This document shows positions 1-8,397 of a stretch of DNA of 64,000 bases, piece after piece. The position numbers were made by a program, and so were the translations under genes. How positions within the stretch are numbered: position 1 is the first letter of the stretch; every line of letters starts with the position of its first letter. The stretch comes from Roseiarcus sp. (lineage in GTDB: Bacteria; Pseudomonadota; Alphaproteobacteria; Rhizobiales; Beijerinckiaceae). The stretch is from NCBI RefSeq assembly GCF_049514155.1, contig NZ_JBEKVH010000012.1, positions 1,316 through 65,315 of the forward strand, written 5' to 3'. The notes beneath the pieces are model-generated. The model was not told where the DNA came from. It ran no database searches and saw only the letters and a program-made list of their open reading frames with translations.

Positions 1-248
1 GGAGCGGTCAGCGTCGGCTGGGCGTCGTTCGATTCGACGATCAGCGGCCGCGAGCCGTCCGGCTCGGCGCGGGCCGAGAAGAGCCGCCAGTGCAGCCCGC
101 CGGTCAGGGGCGTCGTCGCGCCGGAAAGGCTCGCCGAAAGGCGCAGCGTGCCGAGGCCGCCATCCAGCGTCCCGGCCGTCTGGGCAGCGGCGGGCGCGCC
201 GGCGCTGACCGCCAGCCCCAGCGCCAGGAGAAACGTCAAGCGAAACAT
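1..248 (-). CDS. exported hypothetical protein, N-terminal fragment (gene runs off the left edge)
   Basis: ATG at 248-246 (minus) opens an uninterrupted frame to position 1. The translation MFRLTFLLALGLAVSAGAPAAAQTAGTLDGG... has a Sec-type signal peptide and GC-rich third positions. It is absent from the ORF track because no stop lies in the window. Confidence 0.5.
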   Translation of the reverse strand, partial: MFRLTFLLALGLAVSAGAPAAAQTAGTLDGGLGTLRLSASLSGATTPLTGGLHWRLFSARAEPDGSRPLIVESNDAQPTLTA

Positions 249-428
249 GGTCGATTGCCTTGCCGCGATCCTCGATGCCGGTCAATCCTCGACGCCGGCC
301 AATCTTCGTCGCGCGCCCTGGCTGGTGGCGCGACAATGAGGCGGATCGAGGGCGGTTTACGCGCGGCGAAAATGCCGCCATGGATGGCTTCGCCCGAACG
401 GGGCGGCAATTGCGGAGCCTGAGCAGCC

Positions 429-998
429 ATGAACGAGACGATTCGCCTTCTTCAGCGCCGGCGGTCGCTCGCTCCCGCCAACCTGACTGAGCCGGGTCCG
501 AGCGCAGCTGAGGTCGAAACGCTGCTGACCGTCGCCTCGCGGGTTCCCGACCACGGCAAGCTCGCACCGTGGCGCTTCATCGTGTTCCAAGGCGAGGCGC
601 GCGAACGGGTGGGGCGGATCGCCCTGCAGATCAAGCTCGCCGACGATCGCGGTCTCGCCGAAACGGCGCGATCGGCCGAACTCGCGCGCTTTACGCTGGC
701 GCCGCTGGTCGTCGCCGTCGTTTCGCGCGCCGCCCCACACGTCAAGATTCCCGAGTGGGAGCAGGTCTTGTCGGCCGGCGCGGTTTGCATGAATCTGACC
801 GTCGCCGCTAGTGCGCTCGGCTATGCGACGACCTGGTTGACCGAATGGTGCGCCTACGACCGGCGCTTCGCGACGGCGATCGGGCTTTCTGACCATGAAC
901 GGATCGCCGGCTTCATCCACATTGGCCGACCGAAGGTCGAACCGCAGGACCGGCCGCGACCGCCGCTGGCGGAAATCGTAACCACGTTCGCGCCCTAG
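429..998 (+). CDS. nitroreductase family protein
   Basis: 189-aa ORF. The N-terminal LLQRRRS motif and PDHGKLAPWRF segment are typical of the NAD(P)H nitroreductase fold. Coding-type GC3 bias. Confidence 0.8.
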   Translation: MNETIRLLQRRRSLAPANLTEPGPSAAEVETLLTVASRVPDHGKLAPWRFIVFQGEARERVGRIALQIKLADDRGLAETARSAELARFTLAPLVVAVVSRAAPHVKIPEWEQVLSAGAVCMNLTVAASALGYATTWLTEWCAYDRRFATAIGLSDHERIAGFIHIGRPKVEPQDRPRPPLAEIVTTFAP

Positions 999-1010
999 AG
1001 GGAGGCGCTC

Positions 1011-1637
1011 ATGTTTTACGAGACCGCGCTGCGCGACAAGGCGCTGCTGCCGCGCGACCCGTTCAAGGCGATCGTCGCGCCCCGGCCGATCGGTTGGATC
1101 TCGACCCGCGCCCCCGACGGGCGGGTCAATCTCGCCCCCTACAGCTTCTTCAACGCCTTCAATTCGGCTCCGCCGATCGTCGGCTTTTCCAGCGAGGGCT
1201 GCAAAGATTCAGCCTCGTTCGCGCGCGACAGCGGCGAGTTCGTCGCCAATCTGGCGAGCCGCGATCTGATGCAGGCGATGAACTTAACTTCGGCGCCGCT
1301 GCCGCGCGGCGACAGCGAATTTGTCCACGCCGGCCTAGCGATGGCGCCGTGTCGGCTGGTCAAGGCGCCGCGGGTCGCCGAGGCGCACGCTGCGCTGGAG
1401 TGCAAGGTCATCGGCGTCGTGCCTTTGAAGGACTCGGCCGGCGAAGCGATCGACTCCTATCTCGTGCTCGGCGAGGTCGTCGGCTTCCATATCGACGACG
1501 CGCTGATCCGCGACGGGCGCTTCGACACGGCTGCGGCGCAACCGCTGGCGCGATGCGGCTACCAGGATTACGCCGTCGTCGAGTCGCTCATCGCGCTGGC
1601 GCGTCCGCCCGGCGGCGAGGGCCGCAACGCGAGCTGA
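1011..1637 (+). CDS. flavin reductase family protein (FMN-binding split-barrel)
   Basis: 208-aa ORF 12 nt after the nitroreductase stop. PIGWISTR...NLAPYSFFNAFNSAPPIVGFS resembles the flavin reductase-like domain. Confidence 0.8.
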   Translation: MFYETALRDKALLPRDPFKAIVAPRPIGWISTRAPDGRVNLAPYSFFNAFNSAPPIVGFSSEGCKDSASFARDSGEFVANLASRDLMQAMNLTSAPLPRGDSEFVHAGLAMAPCRLVKAPRVAEAHAALECKVIGVVPLKDSAGEAIDSYLVLGEVVGFHIDDALIRDGRFDTAAAQPLARCGYQDYAVVESLIALARPPGGEGRNAS

Positions 1638-1661
1638 GCGCGCCTGCTTGCGGCGGCGCTA

Positions 1662-2174
1662 TTAGCCGGCGCATTCGTTCACGTGCGTCCAGCCGACGAA
1701 CTGGTGACGACTGTTGTAGGCCTTGCGGTAGACCCAGCAGTGGCTCACGTCGGTTTCGTCGTAATCATAATCGTCGCCGTAGGAATAATACGGGCCGGTG
1801 GGCACGAAAACCGGGCCGCCGGGCCACGGGTGATGACGCCGCCAGACGTCGCCGCCAGAGGGCTTGCCGCCGACCCATCCGCCCGACAACCTCTGCTGCA
1901 CGAAGCCGCCGTTGGGGGTCGCCTGCGAGCGCGGCGTAAAGACGCCGCCCGAAACGTGACCGCCAAGGCCTGGGACCACGCCGCCGCCGGTCGGTGCGCC
2001 GCCCCCGCCGGCCGGTGGGCCGCCCCCGCCGCCCGGCAGGATTGCGCCGCCGCCTCCGCCTACGCCAGCGCCTCCGCCTGCGCCACCCCCGCCTCCCATC
2101 GGCCCCGCGTAGGCGGGCGCGACGAGCATCGTCGTGGCGAGCGAGAGAGCGAAGATTTTCGCCAATGTGCGCAT
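1662..2174 (-). CDS. glycine-rich exported protein with C-terminal Cys pair
   Basis: ATG at 2174 is preceded by a strong SD (GAGGAGGAGG). Signal peptide MRTLAKIFALSLATTMLVAPAYA, then long GGGGG/GGGA tracts, a Tyr/Asp-rich segment and a C-terminal CWVYRKAYNSRHQFVGWTHVNEC. Confidence 0.65.
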   Translation of the reverse strand: MRTLAKIFALSLATTMLVAPAYAGPMGGGGGAGGGAGVGGGGGAILPGGGGGPPAGGGGAPTGGGVVPGLGGHVSGGVFTPRSQATPNGGFVQQRLSGGWVGGKPSGGDVWRRHHPWPGGPVFVPTGPYYSYGDDYDYDETDVSHCWVYRKAYNSRHQFVGWTHVNECAG

Positions 2175-2265
2175 GGAAGCCTCCTCCTCAAAGGACGCGG
2201 CGCTCGTTGGCGGCGAAAAGCCTGACGTCTGGTCCGCCGCCGAAGGCGCGCGCCGCTACGTCGTG

Positions 2266-2281
2266 ACGCGAACGTTCGCGT
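2266..2281. repeat. perfect 16-bp palindrome ACGCGAACGTTCGCGT
   Basis: Read directly from the sequence. It lies between the two Gly-rich protein genes, about 90 nt upstream of the 2174 start. No U-tract on either strand. Confidence 0.6.
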
Positions 2282-2344
2282 AGAATATGTGTTCCGCATG
2301 GGGCGACAGCGAGAGGCAGTCGCGCAGGATTGATCGCGGCCGCC

Positions 2345-2662
2345 TTATTGGCCCTTGCAGAAGTCGGGGCGCGCCCAGCAATCAACGTTGGAGCCGTGAC
2401 CGGCCAAGCTTGGGGGCGCGGGAGACGGCGTCGCGCCGGGATGCGGCGCTGGGGGATCGGAATTTGGTTCGCCCAAGGTCGAGGGCGATACGATTCCAGC
2501 TCCCTGACCGGAAAGGCCGCGCGAGTGCGGAATCGGCCCGTTATTGGCGCCCGACGAACCGCCGCCGCCGGAGGGGCCAGCGCCGGACAGGCCGCCGGCC
2601 GCCGGCGACGCGAAGGCGAGCGAGACCAGCGTCGCACCGAAAAGCCTCGAATAACCGCGCAT
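2345..2662 (-). CDS. small Gly/Pro-rich exported protein with C-terminal Cys pair
   Basis: ATG at 2662 with SD GGGAGG. Signal peptide MRGYSRLFGATLVSLAFASPAAG, Gly/Ser/Pro-rich body, C-terminal CWARPDFC. Confidence 0.6.
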   Translation of the reverse strand: MRGYSRLFGATLVSLAFASPAAGGLSGAGPSGGGGSSGANNGPIPHSRGLSGQGAGIVSPSTLGEPNSDPPAPHPGATPSPAPPSLAGHGSNVDCWARPDFCKGQ

Positions 2663-2909
2663 GTTCGCCTCCCGACGGGGCCAGTCGAACGCCGGCGATA
2701 TTTGAAAGGCGGCTGGCGGTCAGAGCGAGCCCAGCCGCCTACTTAGGCGCGAAGCGGCGGTTTGTCATGATGGGCCCGCTCCGCCCATGATAGAATCGCG
2801 TTGGCCCAAGGCGCGATGGCGCGATGTTTTCGACGCCGCTAAGGTCGCGCCTAATCGGCGGCGCCTTCTCGTGACGGAAGCGCGCGCCATCGCGCGAGAG
2901 GAGCGCCAT

Positions 2910-3386
2910 ATGAGATTTCGCAGCCTGACGATCGCGATCGCCGCCGTTGTCCTTCCGGCGCTAGCGGCGCCGTTCCCTGCCGAAGCCGCGGTGAAGATCG
3001 GCGCGTTGCGTTGCGACGTTTCCGGCGGGCTCGGCCTGATCATCACTTCTTCGAAAGAGATGCGCTGCTTCTTCAGTTCCGCCCACGGCTATCGCGAGTG
3101 GTATTACGGCACGATCCGCAAGTTCGGCCTCGATCTCGGCGCGACCAGCCGCGGCGTGCTTGCCTGGGCGGTGTTCGCGCCGACCGCCGGGGCGCGGCGC
3201 GGCGCGCTCGCCGGCGACTATGTCGGCGCCGACGCGTCGGTGGCGGTGGGGGCGGGGGTCGGCGCCAACGCGCTGGTCGGCGGCTTCGATCGCTCGTTCA
3301 CCCTCCAGCCGCTTTCGGTCGAGGTGCAATCGGGCGTCGCGCTCGCCGCCGGCGTTGCGTCGCTGTCGCTGCGGACCGCACCCTGA
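2910..3386 (+). CDS. DUF992 family exported protein
   Basis: Internal ATG at 2910 preceded by GAGGAG. Signal peptide MRFRSLTIAIAAVVLPALAAPFPAEA, then GALRCDVSGGLGLIITSSKEMRCFF...EWYYGTIRKFGLDLG, which matches the DUF992 pattern. The upstream part of the track ORF (2787-) looks non-coding. Confidence 0.75.
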   Translation: MRFRSLTIAIAAVVLPALAAPFPAEAAVKIGALRCDVSGGLGLIITSSKEMRCFFSSAHGYREWYYGTIRKFGLDLGATSRGVLAWAVFAPTAGARRGALAGDYVGADASVAVGAGVGANALVGGFDRSFTLQPLSVEVQSGVALAAGVASLSLRTAP

Positions 3387-3407
3387 GGCGAGCCGCAACG
3401 ATCCGCG

Positions 3408-3755
3408 TCAGGCCGTGACGGCGCCGCCGCGCGCCCGCCAGCCATTCATGCCGCCTGGATAGTGTCGGACGTGGGTCGCGCCGGCGGCGTGCGCCTGGCG
3501 CAACGCCGCGCCCGAGCGCGCGCCCGCCTGGCAGATCAGCACCGGCGGCTTGCCGGCCGGAATCTGATCGGGTTTGAATCGCGATAACGGCAAATTGATC
3601 GCGCCTGGGATATGGCCGCCGGCGAATTCGTGCGGCTCGCGCACGTCGACGACGGTCACGCCGCCCTCGCTGACCGCCTTCTGCAACTCGTCATGGCCGA
3701 CGTCGCGCGGCGACGCGTTCGGATCGGACTTGCCGAATAGACTGGAGAAGATCAT
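3408..3755 (-). CDS. single-domain rhodanese (sulfurtransferase)
   Basis: 115 aa. VVDVREPHEFAGGHIPGAINLP and the active-site loop ICQAGARSG (Cys-X5-type rhodanese loop). Starts 6 nt after the upstream CMD gene stop. Confidence 0.85.
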   Translation of the reverse strand: MIFSSLFGKSDPNASPRDVGHDELQKAVSEGGVTVVDVREPHEFAGGHIPGAINLPLSRFKPDQIPAGKPPVLICQAGARSGAALRQAHAAGATHVRHYPGGMNGWRARGGAVTA

Positions 3756-3761
3756 CGCAGG

Positions 3762-4133
3762 TCATCCACGGTTGGCCGAAGCGGCTTTGGCCGCCTCGAA
3801 CTGGGTGAAGGCGCCGAGGGCGTGGCTCGCGTACATGGCGGAAGGTCCAGCCCCCATGTAGATCGCCATGCCGAGGGTTTCGAGGACTTCGTCGCGCGTC
3901 GCGCCCTGTTCGACCGCCGCCTTGGTGTGGAATGCGACGCAATCGTCGCAGCGGGTCGCCACGGCGATCGCCAGAGCGATGAGCTCCTTGGTCTTGACGT
4001 CGAGCGCCCTGGGGGTGAGCGCGGCCTGGGCGATCGTTGAAAACGCCTTCATCACGTCGCTCGCGCCGGCGCGCAAATTCTTGAGTTCGGCGCTGAGCTC
4101 CTGCGCCGTCTCCGGCCAATCGGTCTTGCCCAT
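3762..4133 (-). CDS. carboxymuconolactone decarboxylase (AhpD-like) family protein with CxxC
   Basis: ATG at 4133 preceded by AAGGAG. 123 aa containing the AhpD-core motif RCDDCVAFH (CxxCxxxH). The longer track ORF (to 4688) overlaps the RND gene and is Arg-rich junk upstream of this ATG. Confidence 0.85.
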   Translation of the reverse strand: MGKTDWPETAQELSAELKNLRAGASDVMKAFSTIAQAALTPRALDVKTKELIALAIAVATRCDDCVAFHTKAAVEQGATRDEVLETLGMAIYMGAGPSAMYASHALGAFTQFEAAKAASANRG

Positions 4134-4156
4134 GGGGTTACTCCTTTGCTTTCGAG

Positions 4157-7100
4157 TCACGAAGAGGTCGGGGCGGGGCGCTCGTCGTCGCGCAGCCAGA
4201 CGTAGATCGCCGGAATGACCAGCAGGGTCAGCGCGGTCGACGAAGCGAGTCCGAACACCAGCGAAATCGCCAGGCCCTGGAAGATCGGGTCGGCGAGGAT
4301 GAAGGCCGAGCCGATCATCGCCGCCGCAGCGGTGAGCACGATCGGCTTGACCCGCGCCGCGCCAGCGTCGATCAGCGCTGCGCGCAGCTCGGCGCCTTCG
4401 GCGCGCCGGCGACGAATAAAGTCGACCAGCAGGATCGAGTTGCGCACAATGATGCCGGCGAGCGCGATGAAGCCAATCATCGAGGTCGCGGTGAATGCGG
4501 CGCCGAGCCACCAATGGCCGAGCAAGATGCCGATCAGCGTCAGCGGCACCGGCGTCAGGATCACCAGCGGCAGCTTGAATGAACCGAATTGCGCGACGAC
4601 CAGCAGATAAATGCCGAGGATCGCCACCATGAACGCCGCGCCCATGTCGCGGAAGGTCACATAAGTGACCTCCCATTCGCCATCCCACAGCAGGGTCGGC
4701 GCGGCGTCGTTTTCCGGTTGGCCGTGATAGCGGATCGCCGGCGCGCCGTCCTTGCCCCAGTCCTGCCTCGCCATTTCGCCTTCGATCGCCAGCATGGCGT
4801 AGATCGGCGCCTCGAAGCGGCCGGCGACATCGGCCGTCACCATCTCGGCGAAGCGTCCGTTGTGGCGGAAGATCGGATAGGAGGCGGGCTCGCGCGTCAG
4901 CCTGACGACGTCGCCGAGCTCGACGTTGGCGCCTTGGCGAACTGTGCCGCCCGCCGGCAGCGGGGTCGACAGGATGCGCTCGTCGGGCGTGCGCGCCGAG
5001 AGGGGTAGGGCGACGGAGATGTCGATCGGCTTGAGTCCGTCGCCGCGCTGCGAAAAGCCGATCGGCGCGCCGCCGAGCAAGCCGGCGATGGTGTCGTAGA
5101 CCGCCTGTTCCTCGACGCCGTGAAACTCGAGCGCCTCCTGATCGATCGAGATGCGCAGGCGTTCGGCCGGCTTGGGAAAACTGTCGTCGACGTCGACGAC
5201 GAAGTCGACCGCCGCGAAGGCCTTTCGCACTTTCGCCGCGATCGTGCGACGGCTCGCCGCGTCGGGGCCATAGATCTCGGCGAGCACCGTGGCGAGCACC
5301 GGCGGACCGGGCGGGACCTCGACCACTTTGAGGGCCGTGCCGGCGGGCAGCGGCAGGTCGGCGAGGCGGCGCCGAATGTCGAGGGCGATGGCGTGGCTCG
5401 CGCGCCTGCGCATCCCTTTGTCGACCAGATTAACGGCGAGATCGCCCTGCTGCGGTTCGTCGCGCAGGTAGTAATGGCGCACCAGGCCGTTGAAGTTGAA
5501 CGGCGCCGCCGCGCCGACGTAGGCTTGGATCGAGGTCAGCTCCGGGAGGTTCTTGAGCCGCTCGGCGGCGGCCATCAGCGCGCGGTCGGTCTCCTCCAGC
5601 GCCGTTCCTTGCGGCAGGTCGAGCACGACCTGGATTTCCGACTTGTTGTCGAACGGCAGTAGCTTGACTCGCACGTTCTCGGTGGCGAACAGCGCGCAGG
5701 CAGCGACGGTCGCGAGGCCGACAGCCAGCAGGAAGACTTGCGAGCGGCGTCGGCCGCGCAAGAGGGGAGTGGCGACCCTCGAATAGAGCCGGCCGAGCGC
5801 GCCGATGTCGTGCGCATGGCCCTCGCTGTGTTCGATCTTGCCGGCGTGACGGCCGGCGATGTGCAGTAGCAGCCACGGCGTGACTGTGACCGCGACGCCG
5901 AACGAGAACAGCATCGCGATCGAGGCGTTGGCCGGGATCGGGCTCATGTAGGGGCCCATCATGCCGCTGACGAACATCATCGGCAGCAGCGCGGCGACGA
6001 TCGTCAAGGTCGCGATGACGGTCGGATTGCCGACTTCGGCGACGGCCTCGACCGCAGTCTCGACCAAGCCGCGCTCGCCGCGCATCGACCAATGCCGGGC
6101 GATGTTCTCGACCACCACGATCGCGTCGTCGACGAGAATGCCGATCGAAAAGATCAGTGCGAACAGGCTGACGCGGTTGATCGTGTAGCCCATCAGCCAC
6201 GAGGCGAACATCGTCATTAGGATGGTGGTGGGGATGACGATGAACACCACCACGCCTTCGCGCCAGCCGATGGCGAAGGCGATCAGGGCGACAATCGACA
6301 GCGTGGCGAGGCCGAGATGGAACAGCAATTCGTTGGCCTTCTCGGTCGCGGTCGCGCCGTAGTTGCGCGTGACCGTGACTTCGAGACCTGGCGGAATGAT
6401 GCGGCCCTTGACGATCTCGAGGCGATGCAGCGCGTCGTCGGCCACCGCGACAGCATTGGCGCCTTTTCGCTTGGCGATCGCGAGCGTGACGGCTGGTCTG
6501 CGCTGAAGATCGCCGTTGTCGAGCTTGGTCATCGTCCAAGCGCGATGATCCGGCTCGGCGGCGCCGACCACGACATTGGCGACGTCCTTGACGTAGACGG
6601 GTCGGCCGTCGCGCGTGGTCAGCAGCAGCAAGCCGATGTCGGGCACGCCCTGCAAGGTCTGGCCGACGACGACGGGCAGCGAGCGGCCGTCCTCGCGCAG
6701 CGCGCCGACGACGAACGAGCGGTTGGCGTTGGCGAGCTTGTCGACCAGCTGGTTGAGCGTGACGCCGTAGAGCGCGAGCCGCTCGGGGTCGGGCTCGACG
6801 CGGATCTGGTTGCGGCTGCCGCCGACGATGTAGGTTCCGCCGACGTTGTCGACTTTGGCGAGTTCGTGCTGCAGCTCGTCGGCGACCTGATAGAGGCCGT
6901 TATCGGTCCATTGGCCGGCGTGGGCGGGGTCCGCCGACAGCGTCAGGTCGACGATGGCGACGTCGTTGACGCCGCGACCGACAATCACCGGCTCGGGGAT
7001 TCCCTTGGGCAGCGCGACGATGTTGGCGCGGATCTTCTCGTGGATGCGCAGGAGCGCGACGTCTTCGTCGGTCCCGACCAGGAAGCGCGCGGTGACGACG

Positions 7101-7381
7101 ACCTTATCGTCCTGGGTCTGCGAATAGACGTGCTCGACGCCGTCGATGCCCTTGACGATGTCCTCGAGCGGTCGGGTGACGAGCTCGACCGCATCTGCGG
7201 CCTTGTAGCCGTTGGTCGTCACCATGATGTCGACCATCGGCACGCTGATCTGCGGCTCTTCCTCGCGCGGCAGCGAAACGAGGGCGAGGGCGCCGGCGGC
7301 GAGCGCCGCCAGCAGCAGCAGCGGCGTCAGCGGCGAATTGATGAAGACGCGGGTCAGCGCGCCAGAGATGCCGAGCTTCAT
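4157..7381 (-). CDS. RND efflux transporter permease subunit (AcrB/HAE-like)
   Basis: 1074 aa with a 12-TM/two-large-loop architecture. TM4 proton-relay motif GILVDDAIVVVEN. Its start overlaps the adaptor stop (ATGA). Confidence 0.95.
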   Translation of the reverse strand: MKLGISGALTRVFINSPLTPLLLLAALAAGALALVSLPREEEPQISVPMVDIMVTTNGYKAADAVELVTRPLEDIVKGIDGVEHVYSQTQDDKVVVTARFLVGTDEDVALLRIHEKIRANIVALPKGIPEPVIVGRGVNDVAIVDLTLSADPAHAGQWTDNGLYQVADELQHELAKVDNVGGTYIVGGSRNQIRVEPDPERLALYGVTLNQLVDKLANANRSFVVGALREDGRSLPVVVGQTLQGVPDIGLLLLTTRDGRPVYVKDVANVVVGAAEPDHRAWTMTKLDNGDLQRRPAVTLAIAKRKGANAVAVADDALHRLEIVKGRIIPPGLEVTVTRNYGATATEKANELLFHLGLATLSIVALIAFAIGWREGVVVFIVIPTTILMTMFASWLMGYTINRVSLFALIFSIGILVDDAIVVVENIARHWSMRGERGLVETAVEAVAEVGNPTVIATLTIVAALLPMMFVSGMMGPYMSPIPANASIAMLFSFGVAVTVTPWLLLHIAGRHAGKIEHSEGHAHDIGALGRLYSRVATPLLRGRRRSQVFLLAVGLATVAACALFATENVRVKLLPFDNKSEIQVVLDLPQGTALEETDRALMAAAERLKNLPELTSIQAYVGAAAPFNFNGLVRHYYLRDEPQQGDLAVNLVDKGMRRRASHAIALDIRRRLADLPLPAGTALKVVEVPPGPPVLATVLAEIYGPDAASRRTIAAKVRKAFAAVDFVVDVDDSFPKPAERLRISIDQEALEFHGVEEQAVYDTIAGLLGGAPIGFSQRGDGLKPIDISVALPLSARTPDERILSTPLPAGGTVRQGANVELGDVVRLTREPASYPIFRHNGRFAEMVTADVAGRFEAPIYAMLAIEGEMARQDWGKDGAPAIRYHGQPENDAAPTLLWDGEWEVTYVTFRDMGAAFMVAILGIYLLVVAQFGSFKLPLVILTPVPLTLIGILLGHWWLGAAFTATSMIGFIALAGIIVRNSILLVDFIRRRRAEGAELRAALIDAGAARVKPIVLTAAAAMIGSAFILADPIFQGLAISLVFGLASSTALTLLVIPAIYVWLRDDERPAPTSS

Positions 7382-8343
7382 GGCGCGACCAGCGCGTCGC
7401 CGTCGGCGAGGCCGGCGAGAATCTCGATCGCGTCGCCGTGGCGCTCGCCGGGCTGGACGACGACCTCGGACCCGTCCGCGGTCTTGACGTAGTTGACCCC
7501 GGCGCGGCGGAAGACGAAGGCGGCGGGCACGACAATGACGCGCCGCGCCCCGGCCGAGACCCAGGCCAGCGTGCGTTCGCCGACGAAATAGTCACCGAGG
7601 CCGGGCACTTCGACGTCGGCGATGACGCGGCCGCCCTGAATCTCGGGGTACACGGTCGTCACGCGGCCTTCGCGCCGGGTTTCGTCCGTCAACTCGGTGA
7701 GGCCGCGTGAGCCGATCTGCACCTTGTCGCCGGCGCGCATGAACTGCGCATGGCGTTCAGGCAGTTGCAGGCGCAGGATGTAGCGATCCTCGGCGAGGGT
7801 GGCGACGGTTTCGCCGGGCATGACGACGCGCCCTTCTGAAACCGGTACCGAGAGAATGCGGCCGGCGCCGGGCGCGAGCACAGCGCCCTCGCTCATCTGC
7901 TGGGCGATGACGCTGCGGTCGCCGCGCATCGCGTCGAGATTGCGTTCAGCGACATCGTAGGCGGTGCGGGCGGCGTCGACCTGGACCTGCGCGCTGACGC
8001 CCTTGCGCAGCAATTCGTCAACGCGGTCGAGATCCGTCTTGGCCTTGTCGACCTGCGCCTGCTGCGATTCAATGCGGGCGTCGAGCGCCTGCATCTGCAG
8101 CACGAGCTTGGGGTCGGCGACGGTCGCGAGTTCCGCGCCGGCCTCGGCGCGTTCGCCCTCTTTTGCCTTGAGCGAGACGATCGTGCCGCCGAGCCGCGCA
8201 CGGGCGACGAGCTGATGGACGGGCTCGACGGTGGCGACGACCGCCTTCTGATCCTGGACCTCGACCGCATGGACGACGATTCGATCCGCCGCAAAAGCGG
8301 CCTGAGGCAAGGCGATGGCGGCGATCAGCAACAGGCGGCGCAT
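7378..8343 (-). CDS. RND efflux periplasmic adaptor (MFP/HlyD family)
   Basis: ATG at 8343 preceded by GGAGGGGAG. Signal peptide MRRLLLIAAIALPQAAFA, coiled-coil hairpin region and C-terminal beta-barrel-like region typical of membrane fusion proteins. The GTG at 8370 in the track would sit inside the promoter. Confidence 0.9.
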   Translation of the reverse strand: MRRLLLIAAIALPQAAFAADRIVVHAVEVQDQKAVVATVEPVHQLVARARLGGTIVSLKAKEGERAEAGAELATVADPKLVLQMQALDARIESQQAQVDKAKTDLDRVDELLRKGVSAQVQVDAARTAYDVAERNLDAMRGDRSVIAQQMSEGAVLAPGAGRILSVPVSEGRVVMPGETVATLAEDRYILRLQLPERHAQFMRAGDKVQIGSRGLTELTDETRREGRVTTVYPEIQGGRVIADVEVPGLGDYFVGERTLAWVSAGARRVIVVPAAFVFRRAGVNYVKTADGSEVVVQPGERHGDAIEILAGLADGDALVAP

Positions 8344-8363
8344 GGGCTCCCCTCCAGCGAGGC

Positions 8364-8397
8364 TTGACACATATATTCGGATATTCTAATTTAGCAA
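8364..8397. promoter_or_regulatory. overlapping divergent sigma70-like promoters sharing an AT-rich operator (arsR1 operon / RND operon)
   Basis: Plus strand: TTGACA (8364-8369), 17 nt, TAATTT (8387-8392), which puts the TSS at or next to the arsR1 ATG at 8400. Minus strand: TTGCTA (8397-8392), 16 nt, TATATG (8375-8370). Both spacers contain ATTAGAATA (minus, 8390-8382), identical to an arm of the sqr palindrome. Confidence 0.5.
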
